A stretch of DNA of 38,301 bases, from contig JAHQWK010000013.1 of the NCBI GenBank assembly GCA_029856145.1, positions 1 through 38,301 on the forward strand, written 5' to 3'. The position numbers were made by a program, and so were the translations under genes. Numbering within the stretch: the first letter of the stretch is position 1; every line of letters starts with the position of its first letter. Shown here in pieces: positions 12,988-23,700 of this stretch. The notes below the pieces were generated by a model, which was not told the DNA's origin, made no database searches, and saw nothing but the letters and a program-made list of their open reading frames with translations. The stretch is from Promethearchaeia archaeon (lineage in GTDB: Archaea > Asgardarchaeota > Lokiarchaeia > Sigyniarchaeales > SOKP01).

Positions 12988-15900
12988 TTACTCTTGATCC
13001 TCAATAATTAATGGAAGAGCAAAGGAAAAAGTGGAACCTTTATTTCTGCCTCTAGATTTAACCGATATCTTTCCACCATGTAATTCTATAATTTTTTTGC
13101 TTATAAATAATCCTAATCCAGAACCATCAGATATAATATCGAGACCTTGGCCATATCGTTCAATTTTTCCAAATTGGGAAAATAATCTTTTTTTCTCTTC
13201 ATATGTTATTCCAATTCCATTATCGTGTATTGAAATTAAAATAAAATCATCCATAATAGCAGATTTAATTTCAATAATTCCATTAGGAGGTGTGTATTTT
13301 ATAGCGTTATTGAGTAAATTACTAATGACGAGATGTATTTGGTCTGGCTCAAAGCTAGTAATTAATTTATCATGGATTTCTAAGATAATCTCATGATTTC
13401 TTAACCTTATTAAGCCTTGTAATTCTTTCATGCATAATTTTATTAAAAATGATAAGTCCTCTTGTGATTTTTTTAATTCCACTGATTCGGATTCTAACTC
13501 AGAGGATTTTAAAATATCTTGAATAAGACTTTCTAATCTTTCACATCCAAGTTTTATTTCATGGATAGTAGCTAAAACATAATCATCCAATTTTTCTTTA
13601 TGTACTGTCAATAAGAGATCAGAAAAACCCTTAATTGATACAAGTGGTGTTTTCAATTCATGTGAAGTCCTTCTTAGAAGCTCTGATTTCAAGCTATTGA
13701 GTTTTATTAATTCTTGTTCGGCTTTCTTCTTTTCAGTAATATCCATGATAGTTATTAATTCTGCTGTCTTCCCTCGATAAATTATAGGTCTTGAGAATTG
13801 ATCGATCCATTTTATCTTACCATATTTAGTAAATACTCTATAAGAAGAATACGGTTTTATGTCAGATTCACCATCTCGTGATTTTTGGCGATATTCTTTT
13901 AGATACTGCAAATCTTCAGGGTGAATTAGCTTGATAAGATCATTTTTTTTCCATTTATCAATTTCTTCATGAGAATAATCAATAATCTGCAGTAAAGCTG
14001 TGTTCACATACTCTACTTTATCATCTTGAATTATTAAAGTTCCTATAAACGCTTGCTCAGCAATAGTTCTGAAATTTTCTTCGGATTCTTTAATTTTATT
14101 CTCTGCTGTTCTCTTCTCATTAATATTTCTTGAAACACATAGTATTTTATTATTGCCATAATTATCTACAAACTTCTTTCCTGTAACTTCAAACCAAAGA
14201 TAGTTTCCATTTTGATGTTTTAACCTAAACTGATAAACAAAATTTCCCTTTTTCAAGCCTTCAATTCCAAACTGATCTGCTAGTTCTCTATTATCTTTAT
14301 GTACTAATGCATCTCTAAAAGATTTATTTAAAAACTCTTCAGGAGTATAACCCAAAACTCTAGAATGTGTTTCAGCATTAAGATATTCTACAATTCCATT
14401 TTCACTATAAACTGCAATTAAATCATCTGTATTTTCTGAAATTAATCGATATTTTTCTTCAGATTCTTTTAGTTTCTGCTCTGTTATTTTTCTTTGTGTT
14501 ACATCTGCCAAAAAAGCATATGTTCCTTCATAATTGCCTTCAATATCAAAAATGGGAGTTGCTCTTATTCTTAAATAAACTTTATTACCATTTTTATGAA
14601 TAAATACAGCATCTCTTTCTTCTGAAATCCCTTTTTTTCTTTTTTCCAGGTGTAATTCAGTGATCTTTACCTGATCTTCATCCATATATGAGAACAATGA
14701 ATTACCAATCATCTCCTCTACTGAATAGCCTAATATATTTGCCATACGAGGATTAACTAAAGTTGAATTAGCATTTGAATCAATAGCCCATACCCCTTCT
14801 AATGAGTTTTCAATCAAAGATCGATATTTTTCTTCTGAAACTTTTAATTTCTGCTCATATTCTCTTCTGTCTGATATATCTCGTGAAACTATTAGTACTT
14901 TTTCTTCTCCTTTTTGATCATAAATCTTTTTTCCTCTTACATCTAACCAATGATACTCATTATTTGTATCTTTGAATCTAGCTTGTATATTTGATTCTCC
15001 TTTTTCCCAACCTTGTTCAAAAGCATTTAAACATTTATCTAAATCATCAGGATGTACCCAACGTAAAGCGTTACCACCAATTAAAGCATCTTTGGTTCTG
15101 CCCATTATATTATGGAAAGCAGCATCATTTACGTATTCATATTCAATTTTATTATTTAGAATTGCAATCATATCATTTGCATTTTCAGTAATGAGACGAT
15201 ATCTCTCTTCTGATTCTTTTAATTTCTGTTCTGCTTCTTTTTGTACAGTAATATCTCGCATAATTGTTATAATTTGGTTAACGCTTCCCTCACTTTTAAC
15301 TGGAATTTTCATAGTTTCAGTAAATATAAGCCTACCAAATAATTGTGTTATTTCAGTTGTAGTTAAAAGTTCTCCTGTTTTAAAGACTTTGAGATACTCA
15401 TTATAGACCTTATCATAATTTAAAAATGGAAATGCCTCAAATAGATTCTTATCAATAATATCAGAATTCATATTTAATTTTTCTAGCCATTGAATCATAG
15501 CTGGATTTTGAAATATGAACCTTAGATCCTTATCTACAACATGCATAGCATCACCTAAAGAATTAAGAATTGTGACGTATTGTTGTTCTGACTCACTTAG
15601 TGCATCCTCTGTTTTTTTTTGGGCGCTAATATCAGTTATGACATGAACAGCTCCCGTAATCTCTCCCTCATCATTGAAGACTGGATCTACAGAAATTTTA
15701 AACCATTTGTCATTTATCATTTGGACAGCAGCCTCTCTTTGGCCAGATTGCCTCATACATTTCACGGGACACCAATCAACTTGTCCTGAAGTACAATGCA
15801 ATAGCTCCCAACAAGAATGACCGATGATTTCTCTACAAGTAGACTTTCCCAAAATATCTAAAGTTGCTTTATTGCATTGGAGGATTTTATGATCTGAATC

Positions 15901-16005
15901 AATGAGAAAAACAGATTCACTCATTGCATCAAGAGTTATTTGCAATAGTTTGTTGCTATTTTCGAATTCAGATTCAACTTTCTTATGTTTAGTAATATTT
16001 TTCAA
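12988..16005 (-). CDS. Soluble PAS sensor histidine kinase (6 PAS + HisKA + HATPase)
   Basis: Same kinase boxes as the neighbour. Six PAS/PAC units ending in DIT/DIS/DVT/NIN plus KLKESEE-type linkers. TTG start. Confidence 0.93.
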   Translation of the reverse strand: MKNITKHKKVESEFENSNKLLQITLDAMSESVFLIDSDHKILQCNKATLDILGKSTCREIIGHSCWELLHCTSGQVDWCPVKCMRQSGQREAAVQMINDKWFKISVDPVFNDEGEITGAVHVITDISAQKKTEDALSESEQQYVTILNSLGDAMHVVDKDLRFIFQNPAMIQWLEKLNMNSDIIDKNLFEAFPFLNYDKVYNEYLKVFKTGELLTTTEITQLFGRLIFTETMKIPVKSEGSVNQIITIMRDITVQKEAEQKLKESEERYRLITENANDMIAILNNKIEYEYVNDAAFHNIMGRTKDALIGGNALRWVHPDDLDKCLNAFEQGWEKGESNIQARFKDTNNEYHWLDVRGKKIYDQKGEEKVLIVSRDISDRREYEQKLKVSEEKYRSLIENSLEGVWAIDSNANSTLVNPRMANILGYSVEEMIGNSLFSYMDEDQVKITELHLEKRKKGISEERDAVFIHKNGNKVYLRIRATPIFDIEGNYEGTYAFLADVTQRKITEQKLKESEEKYRLISENTDDLIAVYSENGIVEYLNAETHSRVLGYTPEEFLNKSFRDALVHKDNRELADQFGIEGLKKGNFVYQFRLKHQNGNYLWFEVTGKKFVDNYGNNKILCVSRNINEKRTAENKIKESEENFRTIAEQAFIGTLIIQDDKVEYVNTALLQIIDYSHEEIDKWKKNDLIKLIHPEDLQYLKEYRQKSRDGESDIKPYSSYRVFTKYGKIKWIDQFSRPIIYRGKTAELITIMDITEKKKAEQELIKLNSLKSELLRRTSHELKTPLVSIKGFSDLLLTVHKEKLDDYVLATIHEIKLGCERLESLIQDILKSSELESESVELKKSQEDLSFLIKLCMKELQGLIRLRNHEIILEIHDKLITSFEPDQIHLVISNLLNNAIKYTPPNGIIEIKSAIMDDFILISIHDNGIGITYEEKKRLFSQFGKIERYGQGLDIISDGSGLGLFISKKIIELHGGKISVKSRGRNKGSTFSFALPLIIEDQE

Positions 16006-16314
16006 GATAGATTTATCCCCAATTTCCTTCTAATAATTAATACTTTTTCAAATAAAACTCTAAGAAATGATATAAGAGGATATATTTAACAATTTGCACA
16101 ATTTTATAAAAACGAGTTATCGTAATAAAATTAAATACGATACTTATCTTCAATTATTTTAGTAGATTAATATATAATGATTCAAGGACCTAGAAATATT
16201 TTAATATAAAAACATATATACTCTTTATAATAATGATTTCAAATAAGACTGCTTTAAAGATGAATTTAAGGGAAAAAGTATCCTTAGTTGATCTACTTGC
16301 AGTTTTATTATTAT

Positions 16315-16410
16315 CTTGAGCGAAACAAATCCTTATGCTCTTTTTCTTTTATTTTTTCCACGGATTTGTTCGCTTGGTTGGTAAATTTAATTGAAAGAGA
16401 TCATAGGTGG
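16315..16410 (+). promoter_or_regulatory. Putative structured leader or inverted repeat upstream of leuS
   Basis: TTGAGCGAAACAAATCC (16316-16332) pairs with GGATTTGTTCGCTTGG (16362-16377) with one bulge and G-U pairs. A second small stem GATCA/TGATC encloses TAGGTGGT. Confidence 0.45.
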
Positions 16411-16462
16411 TTGATCACTCAAAAAAGAATTCAAATTGAAATAAAGCATAGAAAAATCAAGA

Positions 16463-19366
16463 TTGTGTTTAAACAAAATGTATAATCCACAAGAAATTGA
16501 AAAGAAATGGCAGGATAAGTGGGAAGAAGCAAAAATATTCGAAGTAAATCCAGATAAGAAAAAAGAGAAAATTTTTATTACCTCTCCTTATCCATATGCC
16601 TCGGGTCCTACTCATATAGGTCATGGGAGGAGTTTTGTTAATGGAGATGTATTTGCTAGATATTACCGGGCTAAAGACTATAATGTATTATATCCTATGG
16701 CATTTCACATTACTGGTACTCCTGTTTTAGCGATTTCCTCTTCTATAGAACGAGGCAATCAAATACAAATAACTAGGATGAAAGAATACGTATCATTACA
16801 TACTACAGATCAGAAAGTTGTGAATGAAATTGTAAATAGTTTTGTAGATCCTTGGAATATTGTGAACTACTTTTCAAACACAATCAAATTGGATTTCAAG
16901 TCAATAGGAATGAGTTTGGATTGGCAACGAGAATTCACATCTGGAGACAAAATTTATAATAGATTCATTGAATGGCAATACTTTCATTTAAAAGAAAAAG
17001 GTTATATTGAAAAAGGAGAATATCCTATTTTGTATTGTCCCAGAGATAAAAATGCTGTTGGAGAGGATGATATAGCTAGTGGAGATGAACTAGACCTTAA
17101 TATCAATGAATTTATATGTATTAAATTCCCATTTGAAGATGGATTTCTCGTGGCTTCTACTTTAAGACCAGAAACAATATACGGAGTTACAAATATATGG
17201 ATAAAACCAAATGGAGATTATATTAAAGCATCTATAAATGAGGAGATATGGTTTATCTCCGAAGAAGCAACCCAATTATTAGAAAAGCAAAACAAAAAGA
17301 TTAAAATATTAAAAAATTTTAAAGGAAATAAAATCATTGGTAAAAAGGCTATGGATGTCTATGGAATTAAAGAAATTCCGATTTTACCTGGTGATTTTGT
17401 TGATACAGCTATAGCTACCGGTGTGGTTTATTCAGTTCCAGCCCATGCTCCTTATGATTATATGGCGCTAGTTGATTTACAAAAAGATACGGAATTAATT
17501 GAAGAATTTAATTTGAATAAAAGAGAAACCGAATTAATTTATCCAATTCAAATTATTAAATTAAAAGGATTCAAAGATTTTCCCGCAAAAATATACTGTG
17601 AGAAATTTAATGTCGATTCTCAAAAAGATGAAGAGAAACTGGATATAGCAACAAGTGAGAATTATAAAAATGAATTTTATAATGGATTTCTTAATGATAA
17701 ATGTGGTAAATACCAAGGAATGAAAGTTAGTGATGCTGCCAGAAAAGTTTCAGAAGATTTAATTGAAGAAAATAAAGCTGACAAATTATATATTCCTATT
17801 ACTAAAAATCTTAGATGTAAGTGTGGAGCAGAAGTAATTATTTCTATTCTTAAGGATCAGTGGTTTCTTAATTTTAATGCGGGAGATTGGAAAAAAAATG
17901 CATTTAAATGTCTTAATTACATGAAAATTTTCCCTAAGAAGTATCGATTAAATTTTGAAAATATTTTTAATTGGCTTGAAAAAAGACCCTGCGCAAGAAA
18001 AAGAGGTCTAGGGACGAAATTGCCATTCAATAAAGAGTGGATAATAGAATCTCTAAGCGATTCGACAATATACATGGCCTTCTATACAATTTCACATAAA
18101 ATAAGAGAATATCAATTTAAACCAGAACAGTTAACTCCAGAATTCTTTGATCTAATATTCTTAGAGAAAGGAGGTATAAAGAAGCTTTCAAAACAGACGA
18201 GTATAGATGAAAATATACTTAGAGAACTCCAAGAAGAATTTCTCTATTGGTATCCAGTTGACCATCGTCATACTGCAATAATGCATATTTCTAATCATTT
18301 AAGTTTTTATATATTTCATCATGTTGCTATTTTTCCAGAGAAACATTGGCCAAAGGTTATTTCACTAATCGAACCAGTCAATGTAGAAGGGCAAAAAATG
18401 GGTAAATCAAAAGGAAATGTGATTCCTCTAGCAGATATTCAAAGAAGTTATTCTGCTGATTTATTTAGATTCTATATATCTCATGGTGCTGATTTTGGTG
18501 TTTATATGGATTTTAGAGAAAAAGAAATAGAAACAGTGAAAATTCATATAACCAAATTTTATACCTTCATATCTGATAGAATTAAGCAATCAAAAAATAT
18601 TAAAGCTAAATTTGAAGATATTAACTCTAAATATTCAAAAGTGATGCTCTCTAAAATTATTAAGAAATTTATTGAAACTCAAAAAGCATTAGAAGAATAT
18701 AATATAAGGAGATATCTTCAAACTGCATTTTACGAGATTTTAAATCTAATGCAGGAATTTTATAGAGATACTGATAATATAGATGATTTTCTAATAGTTT
18801 TTAAATTGATATATAAGGATTGGTTAAAAACGCTTTCCTTAACTATGCCACATTTGTGTGAAGAATTATGGGAAATTGCTGGAAATGAAGGATTTATATC
18901 GAAAGTAGTTTGGAGAGACTTTAATAAACAATACATTGATATTTGCCTTGAACTTGAATTTGATTATATCTCAAATGTTATTGAGGATATTTTCAATATA
19001 AAGAAAATCGTAAAATCTCAGAGATCTGAAAAAATTTATCTCTATTTAGCACCTGAGTGGAAGTACAAAGTTTCCGATTTAATTTTATCAAAAAAAGATA
19101 ATTTCAATGAGATAATATCTGAGTTGAAAAAAGAAAATGAGTTAATGACTAATAAGGAGGTTATCCCCTTTATAAAAAATCAATTGAAAGACAGGATTTG
19201 GGAAATGAAATCACCTCAAATAAATGAGATTGAATTATTAGAACAATATAAAACATATATGGAAAAACGAGTAAATTCATCAATTATAATAGATTCTGAG
19301 TTCGATCCCAAAAACAGATCTAAAAGATCTAAACCGTTCAAGCCTGCTCTTTATATAGATGTTTGA
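16463..19366 (+). CDS. leuS: Leucine-tRNA ligase, archaeal/eukaryotic type; likely start at ATG 16478
   Basis: PYPYASGPTHIGH, FHITGTP, CP1 editing motifs TLRPET and TGVVYSVPAHAPYD, WIIESLSDSTIYMAFYT, KMGKS (KMSKS variant) and terminal PFKPALY. Confidence 0.97.
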   Translation: MCLNKMYNPQEIEKKWQDKWEEAKIFEVNPDKKKEKIFITSPYPYASGPTHIGHGRSFVNGDVFARYYRAKDYNVLYPMAFHITGTPVLAISSSIERGNQIQITRMKEYVSLHTTDQKVVNEIVNSFVDPWNIVNYFSNTIKLDFKSIGMSLDWQREFTSGDKIYNRFIEWQYFHLKEKGYIEKGEYPILYCPRDKNAVGEDDIASGDELDLNINEFICIKFPFEDGFLVASTLRPETIYGVTNIWIKPNGDYIKASINEEIWFISEEATQLLEKQNKKIKILKNFKGNKIIGKKAMDVYGIKEIPILPGDFVDTAIATGVVYSVPAHAPYDYMALVDLQKDTELIEEFNLNKRETELIYPIQIIKLKGFKDFPAKIYCEKFNVDSQKDEEKLDIATSENYKNEFYNGFLNDKCGKYQGMKVSDAARKVSEDLIEENKADKLYIPITKNLRCKCGAEVIISILKDQWFLNFNAGDWKKNAFKCLNYMKIFPKKYRLNFENIFNWLEKRPCARKRGLGTKLPFNKEWIIESLSDSTIYMAFYTISHKIREYQFKPEQLTPEFFDLIFLEKGGIKKLSKQTSIDENILRELQEEFLYWYPVDHRHTAIMHISNHLSFYIFHHVAIFPEKHWPKVISLIEPVNVEGQKMGKSKGNVIPLADIQRSYSADLFRFYISHGADFGVYMDFREKEIETVKIHITKFYTFISDRIKQSKNIKAKFEDINSKYSKVMLSKIIKKFIETQKALEEYNIRRYLQTAFYEILNLMQEFYRDTDNIDDFLIVFKLIYKDWLKTLSLTMPHLCEELWEIAGNEGFISKVVWRDFNKQYIDICLELEFDYISNVIEDIFNIKKIVKSQRSEKIYLYLAPEWKYKVSDLILSKKDNFNEIISELKKENELMTNKEVIPFIKNQLKDRIWEMKSPQINEIELLEQYKTYMEKRVNSSIIIDSEFDPKNRSKRSKPFKPALYIDV

Positions 19367-19380
19367 TTTAGATCCAGAAT

Positions 19381-20574
19381 CTATAACTTATTTCTTTCTA
19401 TTGCTTTCAAAATTTCTAGATATTTAATAGTTTCTTTAGTATCGCTTTTTCCTATACAGTAATCCAATTGTTTTGCAAAATATTGATTTAATATTTTCAA
19501 TTGAGGGCTTGAAACTATAAATTTTGAACCTTCTTCAATTTGTTTGTCAAATAAAGTATCTTTTACTTCTTCGATATTTAGATTAATTATTTGGAGTGTA
19601 ATCCATTCAAAAATATCTTCAATGTTTTCACTTGTTTTTGCTGAAGCCTCCATATAATAAATTCCTAATTCTTTAGCTAATTCCATACCTTCTTCTGTAG
19701 ACACTACTCTTGAAAGATTTAAATCGACTTTATTTCCGACAAGAATCAAAACAATATTTGGTAACGCCACACGTGTAATAATATCATACCATTTCTTTAC
19801 ATGCTCAAATGATTCTTTGTCTGTTATATCAAACATTATGATTCCCACACGTGAATCTGTTAAATAATCTGGCCATAAACGTTCGAATTGGCTTTGTCCC
19901 GCTAAATTCCATATCATAAACCTTACAGATGTCCCTAATTCCTTAAATTTACATTCTTTTTTAGAAATATAGGTACCAATTGTTGCTTTATAGTCTGCTT
20001 TAAAGATATCATGAACATATCTTTGAACCATACTTGTTTTCCCGACTCCACCGTCTCCGATTAAAGACAATTTATAAACATTCTCGGGTGAATGGGGTTT
20101 ACTTTGGTAATATTCCATTTTTCGTTTTATTTTTTCAAGCTCGGTATCTCTTTTTACTTTGGGAATTACTGGGCTAACAGGTAACCCCCCATCAATGGTC
20201 CTCGCCGCTTTATCAGCTGCTAAATAAGTATATGGAAATACATCATCAACTAAAGCAGTATGATTGAGTATGGAAACTAGAACATGATCTGATCCAGATT
20301 CACAAAAAATAAATCGATATTTGTCTGTATTAAAAGTCCCGGCACCAAAAGTGCCAAGATCAAAATCTTGAGTTAATTGTTTTAGTACTAATTCTACTAA
20401 TGAACTGAAAGCACCAATAAATTTTTTCTCATCTGTTTTATCCGAATTTTTTGTTAAAATGTCAACTATTAGACCTTCTCGATCCACAACAAGTACAGAT
20501 ATTAAAATATCCCCCACTACTTGCATGTACCATTTAAATAAGGTTCTTAATTTAGTTTTATCTATATATGTCAT
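19381..20574 (-). CDS. Roadblock/LC7 domain fused to a Rab/Ras-like small GTPase (eukaryotic signature protein)
   Basis: N-terminal SVLVVDREGLIV...FIGAFSSLV roadblock pattern. G1 GDGGVGKTS, G2 ATIG, G3 WNLAGQ, G4 GNKVD, G5 EASAK. Helical C-extension and no CAAX. Confidence 0.88.
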   Translation of the reverse strand: MTYIDKTKLRTLFKWYMQVVGDILISVLVVDREGLIVDILTKNSDKTDEKKFIGAFSSLVELVLKQLTQDFDLGTFGAGTFNTDKYRFIFCESGSDHVLVSILNHTALVDDVFPYTYLAADKAARTIDGGLPVSPVIPKVKRDTELEKIKRKMEYYQSKPHSPENVYKLSLIGDGGVGKTSMVQRYVHDIFKADYKATIGTYISKKECKFKELGTSVRFMIWNLAGQSQFERLWPDYLTDSRVGIIMFDITDKESFEHVKKWYDIITRVALPNIVLILVGNKVDLNLSRVVSTEEGMELAKELGIYYMEASAKTSENIEDIFEWITLQIINLNIEEVKDTLFDKQIEEGSKFIVSSPQLKILNQYFAKQLDYCIGKSDTKETIKYLEILKAIERNKL

Positions 20575-20703
20575 TACGCACCATTTATATATGATTCCTA
20601 ATGCGATATTGCAATTTTTTAATTATAACAAAATAATAGAGTTTGAATATTTGAATTCTTTTAAATACAAAATTTATAAAAAATTAAAGAAGAAAACTAT
20701 TGT

Positions 20704-23700
20704 TTAGTCTTTCATATTCGGTAAAGAGAAGTAAAATATAGAACCCTTATCTCTCCCTTCCGATTCAACCCAAATATCCTCTTCGTGGAGTTCAATTATT
20801 TTCTTTGAAATGTAAAGTCCTAAACCAGATCCTTCTGAAACTACATTCATTCCCTTACCATATCGTTCAATTTTTCCAAACTTTTTGAAGATTTTTTTTC
20901 TTTCATAATCAGTTAAGCCGATCCCATTATCTTTTACGGATATAATATATTTTTTTTCAGTTTTTTCTGATTTAATTATAATTAGTCCATTTGGAGGGGT
21001 ATATTTTATCGCATTGCTTATTAAATTCATAAGTACTTCATATATCTTTTCTTTTTCGAACATCGTAATCATCTTATCATGAATGTCTAAAACCAATTTG
21101 TGTTTTCGCGTTTCTATTAGTCCTTTTAAGTCTCTGATACAAAATCTAATTAAAAATGCTAGGTCATCCTCTAACTTATTTAATTTAATTTCTTCAGACT
21201 CTAATTTTGATGTTTCTAGAAGATCTGTTATTAATGATTCTAGTCGATAACTTCCTTGTTTTATTTCGTGCAAAACAGAGACGGTATAGATATCAAGCTC
21301 TTCATAATGTTGAGTTAATAATAAATCAGCGTAACCCTTTATTGAAACTAATGGTGTTTTTAACTCATGAGAAGTTCGACTTAGAAGTTCTGATTTTACT
21401 CTACTAATTTCTTTTAGTGAATCTTCCACTTCTTTTTTAGTTGTAATATCTATTAATGAAAGTATTGTTCCTATTCTCCCTTGATAAATTATGGGTTTAG
21501 AAATTACCTCAACCCATTTTAAGTTTCCTGATTTTGTGTTTATTCTACATTGGTATTGGAGCATTGATAGTAAATCATCTTTTTTTCTTGTTTTTACTTT
21601 TTTACGCACATTAGGTAAATCTTCTTCATATATTACTTTAAAAGTATCTTTACCGGACCATTGATTTATTTCTTCAACTGAATATCCGAGTATATTTGAA
21701 AGAGCCTGATTAGTGAATACAACAAATCCGTTCTGAATAATTGAAAGTCCTAATAAAGACTGTTCAGCAATAGTTCTGAATTTTTCTTCTGATTCTTTTA
21801 GTTTTTCTTCAGCCTTAACCCTATCTGTAATGTCTATAACAGATCCAATTATTTCTACAGGATTTCCAGAATCGTCTCTCATCAGCATAACTTCATCACG
21901 CATCCATTGATAAGTACCATTATTTAATTTGAATCGATATTCATGTGTGATATGGCCTTTATCAAATAATTTTGAAAGTTCAGTTAAGACGTGTTCCTTA
22001 TCATCCGCATGAATATGGTTAAGCCAAAATTCTGAATCTTTCACAAAGTAATCAGGCTCATAACCCCATTTATCCTCAACATTATCACTTATAAATGTCG
22101 CGCCATAATTTCCTGACGCTTTGGATGTGTAAATTATTGCCGGATTTGAAGAAACCAGATATTTAAATCTCTCTTCAGATTCTTTTAATTTTCTCTCAAT
22201 TTCTTTCTCTTCAGTTGCATTCTTACCAATGCATAATATTCCTTCTTTAATAGGATATACATTCACTTCAAAATATCCTGCGTGCCCATTTGGGAGTTTG
22301 AAAGAATCAATTATCCGATTAGCTTTCCCTGTATTCATTACGTTTTTATATGTCTTGAAAAAGGTAGTTTGTTCAATACCCGGAAATACGTCGATAATCT
22401 TATTTCCTAATAAATTTTCGATTGGCATGTTAATAATCTTCTCAGCATTTTTGTTTACCAGGATATATTCCCAATCTCTATTTAAAGCATACACTGCATC
22501 TGTAATGGACTCTAATAACATTTCATACTGATTAGAGAGCTTCCGATACTTTCCTTCTGATTTCTTTAATTCTTGTTCTGCTACCACCCGATCGGTTATA
22601 TCTAAAAGAGAAACTATAACTTTAGACCATGTACTTTCAAAACCCGGAATAATTAACGTTCTCATATAAACATTAATAGTATCACCAAAAGAATTTGTAA
22701 TAACTAGTTCTGATTCGAATGTAGTTTCTCCATATATAAAAGATAACATTTCTCTCTTGTTGGTTATAAGAACTTCTGGAGTCATGAATTGAAACAAATT
22801 TTTTTCCATTTGAAGTTTCCTATCGATGAAATAATCCTTGTTTTTAACATTATATAGCTCCAATGTTTTCCTATTGACGTCAATTAATTTAATCATAGAA
22901 CCGAAATTTATAATCTCCTTAGGATTCTCATCTAAATATTTTTCAAAATCAATTACTCCTGAAGCTCTTAAATTGTCTATATAAATCTTTAATTCGGAAA
23001 AATCTTGTTCGAATAAACCAATCGGCGAATTTTCAAATAAATTTCTGTATCTTGCTTCTGATTCTTTTAATTTTTGTTCAGCTTTTTTTCGATCAGTAAT
23101 GTCAATTAAACTGACGAGGACCAGATCTTCTCCATCAAATTTCAATGGGACAGTAGAAAACAATAAATGAACTTTATCAATGTCGCCACCTGGCAATAGA
23201 AAAAGTGTAGCTTCTACATTGATGTGAGGGATTTTATTTTTAAATGTATCAAGAACAGTATTGCGAATAGTACATTCCTGACAGTGCTCACTAAATCCAC
23301 ATCCCTGAGGATCCTTGATTGAATATACACATCGAAGAGCTTCACCTCCGTGAATACCAAATACTTCCTCTTCCCGACGATCTGTAAATTTTAATGCAAA
23401 CTTATTAATTTTTCTAATTCGACGCTCACTATCTAATAGAAGTATAGCTATTGGAGTGTAATTATAGATAGCAGATAATTCAGTTTCGCTTTGTTGAATC
23501 TTTATTTTCGTTATCTTACGGTTTGTGATATCTTGAAATGAATTGATAAATAGTGTTTGATCTCCCTTATTATAAGCAACAGACGTAAGTGATCCCCAAA
23601 AAACAGTTCCATCTTTACGCTTAAACTTTACTTCAAAGTCTTTTACTAACCCCTTTTTATATAATTCAAGAAATTTCTCTCTATCACTTGGATCTTGGTA

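Noticed and set aside
16400-16415. T-box riboswitch call
   Set aside because: AGGTGG is not followed by NACC, and no Stem I/specifier features are recognisable.
16288-16485. 65-aa ORF overlapping the leuS start as a leader peptide
   Set aside because: TTG start, no SD, no Leu-codon run. It merely spans the hairpin region.
18390-18415. KMGKS instead of KMSKS as a sign of inactive LeuRS
   Set aside because: The catalytic Lys and all other motifs are intact, and such variation is tolerated in class I synthetases.
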